DNA of 64,000 nucleotides. Origin: an uncultured Planctomycetaceae bacterium. Lineage in GTDB: Bacteria; Planctomycetota; Planctomycetia; Planctomycetales; Planctomycetaceae. The translations under genes were made by a program, and so were the position numbers. This document shows positions 1-7,399 of the stretch, one piece after another; position 1 is the first letter of the stretch; each line of letters opens with the position of its first letter. The stretch is taken from positions 32,001-96,000 of the forward strand of contig CAWFGE010000012.1 of the NCBI GenBank assembly GCA_963815195.1. Reading direction: 5' to 3'. Below the pieces are notes generated by a model. The model was given only the letters and a program-made list of their open reading frames with translations. It was not told where the DNA came from and searched no databases.

Positions 1-414
1 GCTCAGCGCGGAATGGCGTTGTTCTTCGGCAAGGCTCAGTGCAGCTCCTGCCACATCGGGGCCAACTTCACCGACAACGCGTTTCACAACATCGGCGTGG
101 GCATGGATAAAAAAGAACCGGACGTCGGCCGGGAAGCCATCAGCGGACTCGGCGGAGACAAGGGCAGCTTCAAAACCCCGACACTCCGCGAAATCGCCCG
201 CACCGCCCCCTACATGCACGATGGCAGCCTAAAAACTCTGGAAGACGTGGTCGAGCACTACGACAAAGGCGGCATCCCGAATACCTGGCTCGACGAAGGC
301 ATCTTCGCGCTCAAGCTCACCGACCAGGAAAAGAAGGACCTGGTGACGTTTATGAAAGAGGGGTTCGCGTGTGAGGATTATCCCAATCATAAACCACCCA
401 AGCTTCCCGAATAG
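1..414 (+). CDS. Di-heme cytochrome c peroxidase/MauG family protein, C-terminal part (truncated at window start)
   Basis: Frame open from base 1; CSSCH heme motif, FKTPTLREIARTAPYMHDGS and LTDQEKKDLVTF, typical of the CCP/MauG C-terminal domain. Confidence 0.9.
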   Translation, partial: AQRGMALFFGKAQCSSCHIGANFTDNAFHNIGVGMDKKEPDVGREAISGLGGDKGSFKTPTLREIARTAPYMHDGSLKTLEDVVEHYDKGGIPNTWLDEGIFALKLTDQEKKDLVTFMKEGFACEDYPNHKPPKLPE

Positions 415-548
415 GCGGTGGATTGCGAGTCGCTTCGCGTTCCTGTAGGATTCTGGCAAGTCAGGTTGTTTCGGGGAGGGAGTGTCCGCGCCTTCAGACA
501 TTCTCTTCCCCTTTGGTCATTTGGCACTTTGGAGAAAGTGGATACCCC

Positions 549-1817
549 ATGATGAAAACGCACCTCTCTCTCAGAACCCTGCTGTGTTGGAGCGTCCTGA
601 TCTGCCTTGCCCCGGCGGGCTTGATGGCTCAGGAAGCGAAAAAGACGGAAGCCCAGAACACCCAGGAAGACAAGAAGCCCGCCGCCGAAGAGAAGAAAAC
701 CGAGGACAAAAAGCCCGCCGCCGAAGAGAAGAAAACCGACGACAAGAAGCCCGCCGCCGAAGAGAAGAAAACCGACGACAAGAAGCCCGCCGCCGAAGAG
801 AAGAAAACCGACGACAAGAAGCCGGCCACCGAGGACAAGAAGCCCGCCGCCGAGGAAGCGGGCGTGGAGACCACGGAGATGGTCATCAATCTGGACAACC
901 CGAGCGGACTGGCGATTCATCCCAAGACCGGGCATGTGTTTATTGCGAGCCACGACGGCGTCCACCGCTTCATCCCCGAGATGAAGCCGCTGAAGTGCCC
1001 GCTGGAGATTTCGGAATTCCCCACCGACGTGTACGGCAAAGGTCCGATGTACGACATCAGCGCTTTGGGTGTGGCGTTTTGGGATGATGAGCACCTGATC
1101 GTCGGCGAAGGCTGCCGGAAAGACGGTGAAGAACTGGTCCGCATTTACAAAATCACGGAGAAACCGCCGACGAGCTATCAGAAGGAATCCGACGCCGTTT
1201 ACACCGCCGGCCCGATTCCGCCGGGCGACGAATCCAAGATGGGCGAAGGCAACTTCTACAGCGTCGTCAAGATCGGCGATACGGTGTTCGTGAGCAGCAA
1301 CGGCGACGACACCAAGGGCTGGATCGCCTCCTTCACGATCAAAGACGGCAAAGCCACCGAACTCAAGCCCACGATCGCCACCAAAGAGAAGACGCAAGTC
1401 GATGCCCCGGTGCCTCTCGCCGCCTCCCCGGACGGCAAGCTCGTTGTGGGCCAGATGGGCGAAGTCAACGTGCCCGGCGACAGCCTGTTGTGCATTTATG
1501 ATCCCGCCAGCGGGGAACTCGAAAAGAGCTTGAAGACCGGCCTCAGCGACATCGCCGGCCTGGCTTACAGCAAAAACACCAAGAAATGGTACTGCACCGA
1601 TTTCGCCTGGGCCGAACCCGAAAACGCCGGGTTGTTCGAACTGACCATCGATGGCAACAATGTCACCCCGAAAAAACTCGCCAAGCTCGACAAGCCGACC
1701 GCCCTCGAGTTCGACAAAGACGGCAACTTGTACGTGACCGTCTTCGGCACCGGCAAAGAAGGCGACAAAATGACGCCCGGCAAACTCCTGATGATTAAAG
1801 CCGACCAACTCAAATAG
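549..1817 (+). CDS. Secreted beta-propeller protein (NHL/SMP-30-like) with N-terminal charged tandem repeat
   Basis: ATG at 549 after GGAG; signal peptide (LLCWSVLICLAPAGLMA|QE); blade-like motifs LDNPSGLAI, LSDIAGLAY, LDKPTALEFD. Confidence 0.7.
   Translation: MMKTHLSLRTLLCWSVLICLAPAGLMAQEAKKTEAQNTQEDKKPAAEEKKTEDKKPAAEEKKTDDKKPAAEEKKTDDKKPAAEEKKTDDKKPATEDKKPAAEEAGVETTEMVINLDNPSGLAIHPKTGHVFIASHDGVHRFIPEMKPLKCPLEISEFPTDVYGKGPMYDISALGVAFWDDEHLIVGEGCRKDGEELVRIYKITEKPPTSYQKESDAVYTAGPIPPGDESKMGEGNFYSVVKIGDTVFVSSNGDDTKGWIASFTIKDGKATELKPTIATKEKTQVDAPVPLAASPDGKLVVGQMGEVNVPGDSLLCIYDPASGELEKSLKTGLSDIAGLAYSKNTKKWYCTDFAWAEPENAGLFELTIDGNNVTPKKLAKLDKPTALEFDKDGNLYVTVFGTGKEGDKMTPGKLLMIKADQLK
666..857 (+). 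repeat. Coding 36-bp tandem repeat encoding (E/D)DKKPAAEEKKT, 4 full copies plus partial copies
   Basis: Direct reading: units at 666, 702, 738 and 774, then degenerate partial units to 857. Confidence 0.95.
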
Positions 1818-1844
1818 TCGGAACCATCAAACGAAGTTCACTCC

Positions 1845-1885
1845 AGACCACGGTTTTCCCCGGAAGACCGTGGTCTCGGCATTTT
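1845..1885 (+). terminator. Probable intrinsic terminator hairpin after the propeller gene
   Basis: AGACCACGGT-TTTCC..GGAA-G-ACCGTGGTCT stem followed by a short ATTTT. Confidence 0.6.
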
Positions 1886-1973
1886 CGTCCCGCGCGTGAA
1901 ATTTCGAGCGCGTTTTATAATCTGGGCGGTAGCCGCGAGCCTCCGGCTTCGATGAAATGATATTCACAAAATC

Positions 1974-2076
1974 AAGGCCGGCGGCTACGCGCCCGGCCAC
2001 TCACTTTGAAGGCCGGCGGCTAGCGCCCGGCCACTCACCTTGAAGGCCGGCGGCTAGCGCCCAGCCACTCACCTTG
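1974..2076. repeat. Three head-to-tail 34-bp copies of a REP-like half-site
   Basis: AAGGCCGGCGGCTAGCGCCCGGCCACTCACCTTG at 1974 (one extra C), 2009 and 2043; reverse complement resembles the REP arm at 16648. Confidence 0.9.
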
Positions 2077-2176
2077 AAGATTCTCTTTGGAATGCAAGCC
2101 GCGATCCGGTAATCTATTTCTGCGGAGGTCCTAAAGAGATTCCTACCCCAACGTCCCTGAAAAGCGCGATGCTCCT

Positions 2177-3397
2177 ATGACCCAGATGACCCGGCTTGTC
2201 TCGCTCGCAGTGGTCACGTTGCTGATTATCTTTTTGGGCATCACGTTTTTTCACGTGATCGCCCCGTTTTTGCTGCCTTTGTTTTTGGCGGGCGTCGTCG
2301 CGATGCTCGCCCAGCCGATGCAAGCGTTTTTTGAACGGAAAACCAAGGACCGAAAGCATCTCGCGGCATGGCTGACCACGGGCAGCGTGATCTTGGGCAT
2401 CTCCGTTCCCGTCGTGCTCGGCGTTTCGCTCGCGACTTTGCAGATTTCGCTGTTCGTGCGGGGCATGCTGAAAAACAACGATTGGTCGGAAATCTCCCAC
2501 AAAGTCCGGCAGGAACTGCACATCGACAACGTCGTGGAAAAGTTGCAGCCCTTCGTATCCGAGCAAATCGACGCCGATAAGCTCCAGGCGGAATTTCAGA
2601 AAAACGTCCGGGCCGGCTTGGAACTGCTCGTCAGCAAGACCGGCGGCGTCGCCGGGCAGGCGGTGGGGTTGATCGGCGGCCTGGTCTCCATGATCGTGCA
2701 GCTGCTGACGTTTGTGATCGCGCTCTATTACTTCCTCGCCGACGGCCCCGCGCTCCTGGCGGCTTCGGAAGGTTTGATTCCGGTCGCCGTGGAATATCAG
2801 CGCGGACTCCGCCTCAAGTTTTACAACGTCGTCCGCGCGGTCGTGCTGGCGACGTTCTTCGCCGCGATCGGCCAAGGCCTCGCCAATGCGACCGTGCTCT
2901 GGTTTTTTGGGTTCCGCCAGTTCGTGATCCTGTTCATCCTGGCCACGTTCGCTTCGATGGTCCCGTTCTTCGGCACCTGGCTGGTGTGGGGGCCGTGCGT
3001 GGTCTGGTTGGCGCTTCAAGGATCGTGGATTTCCGCGACGTTGCTGTTAATCATCGGCGTGGGGTTCATCGGGATGCTGGACAACGTCATTCGCACGTAC
3101 GTGCTGCAAAGCGACGCTCAGCTCCATCCGCTGCTCGCGTTTATTTGCGTTTTGGGCGGCGTGCAGGTGATGGGGTTGTGGGGTGTGTTCATCGCCCCGA
3201 TCGTCGCGGCTATTTTGCACGCGCTGATTGTGATCTTCAACACGGAAGTCACCGAACTCTCCCACGAACGCCTTATGGAAAGCGAACCGCCCAAGCCCGA
3301 TTCCCCGCCGGACGAAGCGGCCGACGATTCCGAGCCCGAAGACAACGAACCGGAAGGCAACGAACCGGCCGCGGAACAAGAAGCCGCGGCGGAATGA
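2177..3397 (+). CDS. AI-2E family (PerM-like) transporter
   Basis: Multi-TM protein with YYFLADG, ASMVPFFGT, DNVIRT and HPLLAFICVLGGVQVMGLWGVFIAP motifs; acidic tail. Confidence 0.9.
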   Translation: MTQMTRLVSLAVVTLLIIFLGITFFHVIAPFLLPLFLAGVVAMLAQPMQAFFERKTKDRKHLAAWLTTGSVILGISVPVVLGVSLATLQISLFVRGMLKNNDWSEISHKVRQELHIDNVVEKLQPFVSEQIDADKLQAEFQKNVRAGLELLVSKTGGVAGQAVGLIGGLVSMIVQLLTFVIALYYFLADGPALLAASEGLIPVAVEYQRGLRLKFYNVVRAVVLATFFAAIGQGLANATVLWFFGFRQFVILFILATFASMVPFFGTWLVWGPCVVWLALQGSWISATLLLIIGVGFIGMLDNVIRTYVLQSDAQLHPLLAFICVLGGVQVMGLWGVFIAPIVAAILHALIVIFNTEVTELSHERLMESEPPKPDSPPDEAADDSEPEDNEPEGNEPAAEQEAAAE

Positions 3398-3482
3398 TGT
3401 TGTTGCAGCGGGCCCGCGGTTTCCGCTAAGCTGAAGTTTTGGCTCATCCTCGCGTACGATTTTCCCACCCTGAAGCAGCCTC

Positions 3483-4190
3483 GTGATTCGCGTCCAAGAG
3501 TTAACCGTCACCGCCGGCTCGTTCCGCCTGGAGAACATCTCGTTCGAGGTGCCCACCGGACAATACGCCATTTTGATGGGGCAAACCGGCAGCGGAAAAA
3601 CGACGATTCTGGAATCGCTCTGCGGTTTGAAATCCGTGGTTGGCGGGACGATTCATTTGATGGGGCGGGACGTGACGTCGCTTAAGCCCGCGGAACGGGG
3701 CATCGGATTTGTCCCGCAAGAGGGGGCGCTATTTGCGACGATGAGCGTGGGCCAGCAGTTGGGCTTCGCCCTCACGGTCCGCCGCTGGAAGTCCGCCGCC
3801 ATCCGGCAGCGCATCGAAGAGCTGGCCGAGATGCTGGGGATTTCGCAGCTGCTGGACCGCCGGCCCGCCGGTCTCAGCGGCGGCGAACGCCAGCGCGTCG
3901 CCCTCGGCCGTGCTTTGGCGGCTCGGCCGCACGTGCTGTGCCTCGATGAACCCTTAAGCGCCCTGGACGATGCCACGCGGGACGCCATGTGCTCACTCTT
4001 GACCCGCGTCACGAAACAGACCGGCGTGACGACGCTGCACATCACCCACAACCGCGGGGAAGCCCGCACCTTGGCCGATGTGCTGTTTGTGCTGGAAAAC
4101 GGCACGCTCCGCATCCCCGCCGCCGAGACGCCCGAGATGCTTCCCCCGCCTGCCCCGCCTTCGCAACCCGCCGGCCGTTTTTCCGTCTGA
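3483..4190 (+). CDS. ABC transporter ATP-binding protein (ModC/CysA-like)
   Basis: Walker A GQTGSGKT, signature LSGGERQR, Walker B LCLDEP, H-loop ITH. Confidence 0.9.
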   Translation: MIRVQELTVTAGSFRLENISFEVPTGQYAILMGQTGSGKTTILESLCGLKSVVGGTIHLMGRDVTSLKPAERGIGFVPQEGALFATMSVGQQLGFALTVRRWKSAAIRQRIEELAEMLGISQLLDRRPAGLSGGERQRVALGRALAARPHVLCLDEPLSALDDATRDAMCSLLTRVTKQTGVTTLHITHNRGEARTLADVLFVLENGTLRIPAAETPEMLPPPAPPSQPAGRFSV

Positions 4191-4345
4191 GGGCGGGAAT
4201 CCCTGTGGAGGCGTTTTTGGGTTTGTGTTAGATTCCGGGGGGTTCGACTTTGTGGCCTTTGCCCCTAAGCCCCTCTTTCCCGGAAGGTCTTCCAAGTCAA
4301 TCTGACATTCCATATACAGCTTGACTCACGATTTCCTGTTCAAGG

Positions 4346-5572
4346 ATGAACCTGGCCATGCGCACGCACTACCGCCGCCGCTCTTGGACCTCCCATTTCA
4401 TTTGGACCGCCGCGTTTGTGGCGATCGCCGCGGCCGCCGCGTGGCAGTTTCATTGGTGGCCCACGTCGGATGTGGATTTCGATGAGATCGGGGCCCATCA
4501 TCCGAAAACGGAAAGACCGCCGTCCCCGGTCCGCCCGGCGAATCATGAACAATCGGCGAAGACGGCCTCTTCCCAAGGACACGATATTTTCGCCGCCCAG
4601 ACCGAACCGGAGGTCCCGGACTTGCCGCCGTTTGCTCCGGCCGAGCCTCCCGATTTCAGCGATTTCCCCAGCCCGCCCAAATTGCTGCCGGCGAACCCCG
4701 ACGCCAGGCCGATCCCCGTTCCGTCGCGGCTCGTGCAAACCGTGGAAGGCGAACTCCCGCCGCCCCACCTTCCGCCGACGATGCCGACCGAACCGCCCCC
4801 GGCGGCGGGCATTCGGTTGCTGAACGATGAGGTTTCGGAATCTCCCCAAGCCGCGCCTGCGGAATTGCCCGCCGGTCTGAAAGCCGAGTCGCTCGCGCAG
4901 ATCGATGCCTGGCTGGCGACCGGCAATCCGAAAGACGACCTGGCCGCGCACAAGCAGCTTTCGATCCTGTATTGGGATCATCCCGAATGGCGGGAGTTCC
5001 TCAGGAGCCGAATCGAGAAGACCGCCAAGTCGATTTATTTCTCCCCGCAGCCGCACTACATGACGCCCTACACCATTCAGCCCGGCGATCAGCTGACCAA
5101 GATCGCGAAGTTGTACAACGTGCCCTGGGAGTATCTGGCGAAGCTCAACGAAGCCGACCCGCGAAAAATCCGGCCGGGGCAGAAGCTGAAGGTCATCAAA
5201 GGCCCGTTCGCCGCGGTCGTCGATTTGGGCCGCTTTGAGCTGACCATTCAGCACCACGGGTTTTTCGTGAAGCGCTACAAGGTGGGCATCGGCAAAGACG
5301 GCACCACGCCCATCGGCGAGTTCGCCGTGAAGGACAAGCTCACCAATCCGACCTATTACGGGCGGGACGGCGTCATCGCCGCGGACGATCCCCAAAATCC
5401 GCTGGGCGAATACTGGATCGACATTGGCGATTCCTACGGGATCCACGGCACGATCGATCCGGACTCCATCGGCAAAGCCGAGTCCCGCGGCTGCATCCGC
5501 ATGCTGAACGGCGATGCGGACGAGGTGTATGGCTTTTTGGGCAAGGGGGCCAAAGTCATCATCCGCCGCTGA
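4346..5572 (+). CDS. LysM-containing L,D-transpeptidase (YkuD family)
   Basis: N-terminal TM, Pro-rich linker, LysM (YTIQPGDQLTKIAKLYNV...IRPGQKLKV), catalytic GIHGT...SRGCIRM. Confidence 0.92.
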   Translation: MNLAMRTHYRRRSWTSHFIWTAAFVAIAAAAAWQFHWWPTSDVDFDEIGAHHPKTERPPSPVRPANHEQSAKTASSQGHDIFAAQTEPEVPDLPPFAPAEPPDFSDFPSPPKLLPANPDARPIPVPSRLVQTVEGELPPPHLPPTMPTEPPPAAGIRLLNDEVSESPQAAPAELPAGLKAESLAQIDAWLATGNPKDDLAAHKQLSILYWDHPEWREFLRSRIEKTAKSIYFSPQPHYMTPYTIQPGDQLTKIAKLYNVPWEYLAKLNEADPRKIRPGQKLKVIKGPFAAVVDLGRFELTIQHHGFFVKRYKVGIGKDGTTPIGEFAVKDKLTNPTYYGRDGVIAADDPQNPLGEYWIDIGDSYGIHGTIDPDSIGKAESRGCIRMLNGDADEVYGFLGKGAKVIIRR

Positions 5573-5607
5573 GCCCGATGTCTATCGCGTGAGTTGCGCG
5601 TTTCCGG

Positions 5608-5746
5608 AGTCGCGAAGTGGCGACCGCAGATTGCCTTGGGCGTAAGCCAAAGGATCTCAGGCTCAAAGAAATAGGAAAGCCGCGAAGCGGCTCGCAACTC
5701 GTTTCTCCTCTTTTCCTTGGGCTACTAACGCCCAAGGCGATCTGCG
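5608..5746. repeat. REP-like imperfect inverted-repeat element
   Basis: CGCAGATTGCCTTGGGCGT (5625) pairs with ACGCCCAAGGCGATCTGCG (to 5746); internal small hairpins GCCGCGAAGCGGC and GTCGCGAAGTGGC. Confidence 0.65.
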
Positions 5747-5967
5747 AAACGCTCATCGAGCCTACGGTTCATGACGAGGACCGAACGCTCGAACGGTCCT
5801 GACTCCGGGGAAACCGGATTCTCGTTTCCGGAAAACCTCTTCTCCAAAGGGCATTCTTCACAAAAGCCGGTTGACAGAGTTTGAGCGGGTTGAAATAACA
5901 CAAACGGGGTTTACGATGTTCTCGCCATCGAAACCCGATTTGTGACCTGAACCTCAACGGAGTCAAC

Positions 5968-7239
5968 ATGGAGGACCTGGAAACCGAAGCGACGATCGCA
6001 CCGCGCACGGCGGGGTTGTCCTACGGATGGGTGATGCTTCCTTTGGCGATGCTGGCCATGTTCGCCAGTTCGCCCGGCCAAACCTATGGCGTGACGATCT
6101 TCAACGAGGCGATTCGCACCTCGCTCGACCTGTCCCACAGCGAATTGGCGCTGGCTTACATGCTGGGCACAATTCTGGGAGCGATCCCGATTTCGCTGAT
6201 CGGCTTGCAGATGGATCGGCACGGAATCCGCGCGGTGATGCTCTTCGCGGTCACCGCATTCAGCGGAGCCTGCCTGGTGCTCGCGCTGGCTCGGAATTGG
6301 GCGACGCTGATGTTGGCCTTTCTGCTGTTGCGGATGCTCGGCCCCGGGACGCTCGCGTTTCTCAGCGGCAATGTGCTGGCGTTTTGGTTCCAACGGCGAT
6401 TGGGGTCGGTCGAGTCGATTCGCCAGGTCAGCGCGTCCGCCTCGATTGCGATCGTGCCCGCGCTGAATGTCTGGCTGCTGAATGCCGGCGGTTGGCGATC
6501 CGCTTACGGCCTTTGGGGGATCGGACTTTGGGTCGTGTTATTTCCCGTGTTTTTCCTGTTCTTTCGCAATGGCCCGGAAGACCTGGGCCAATCGATCGAT
6601 CATGGGATGGAAGACGCCGCGGAACCCGCACGGGGCCGCATCGACAATCTCCCCGAACTCACCTTGCGCGAGGCGCTCTGCACGCCTGCGTTTCAGGTTG
6701 TCACGGCGGGGACGGGGTTATTCGCGATGTTGCTCACGGCCGTGACGTTCAGTCTCGTCCCCATCCTGGCCGACCGTGGACTGGGCGAACAAGACGCGGC
6801 GGCGGTGATGATGGTCTCGGCGATGGTCATGGCGCTTGCGCAGCTCAGCGGCGGATTTCTGGCGGACCGCATCGAAGCCCGCATTCTCGTATTTGTGGGA
6901 CTCTTGGGACTCAGTGCCGCAATGATCTGCTTCCAATTCGCCGCCACGCCCGCGTTGGCATCTCTCGCCGGCGCGGCGATGGGTTTTGCTCAAGGGGTTT
7001 ACTTCAGTTCCACACAGCCCTTGTGGGCGAGATATTTCGGCCGCCGGCATTTGGGGAAAATTCGAGGCGTCGTGATGAGCCTGATGGTCGCCGCCTCGAG
7101 TTTAGGCCCGCTGATCGCGGGCGTCGGCCGGGATGTTTCAGGCAGCTTTGTTCCCGTGCTGATGCTCTTCGCCGCGCTGCCGTGGCCAGTGGCGATTTGC
7201 TCCTTCCTGATCCGTCCGCCCACTCCCGAATCGCAATAG
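5968..7239 (+). CDS. MFS transporter
   Basis: About 12 hydrophobic segments; motif A-like GLQMDRHGIR and GFLADRIEAR; RYFGRRHLGKIRG. Confidence 0.9.
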   Translation: MEDLETEATIAPRTAGLSYGWVMLPLAMLAMFASSPGQTYGVTIFNEAIRTSLDLSHSELALAYMLGTILGAIPISLIGLQMDRHGIRAVMLFAVTAFSGACLVLALARNWATLMLAFLLLRMLGPGTLAFLSGNVLAFWFQRRLGSVESIRQVSASASIAIVPALNVWLLNAGGWRSAYGLWGIGLWVVLFPVFFLFFRNGPEDLGQSIDHGMEDAAEPARGRIDNLPELTLREALCTPAFQVVTAGTGLFAMLLTAVTFSLVPILADRGLGEQDAAAVMMVSAMVMALAQLSGGFLADRIEARILVFVGLLGLSAAMICFQFAATPALASLAGAAMGFAQGVYFSSTQPLWARYFGRRHLGKIRGVVMSLMVAASSLGPLIAGVGRDVSGSFVPVLMLFAALPWPVAICSFLIRPPTPESQ

Positions 7240-7399
7240 TGGAAAAGATCGCGCCGAGCTCTTCACGGTCATTCCTTAAAGTGATCTGTTGGGTTGGCTT
7301 GAAGTTGCTTTCCTCTCCGCCCACAATTTGCGGAAAGAAACATTCGCATGAATGTTTCGGGCGATCCGCAATTCTCTCCGCGATGATGAGGCAACCCCG

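Noticed and set aside
666..857. CRISPR or non-coding repeat
   Set aside because: 36-bp units are in frame within a CDS and lack spacers
1974..2076. CRISPR array
   Set aside because: 34-bp units are contiguous with no unique spacers, no cas genes nearby, and the unit matches a REP arm
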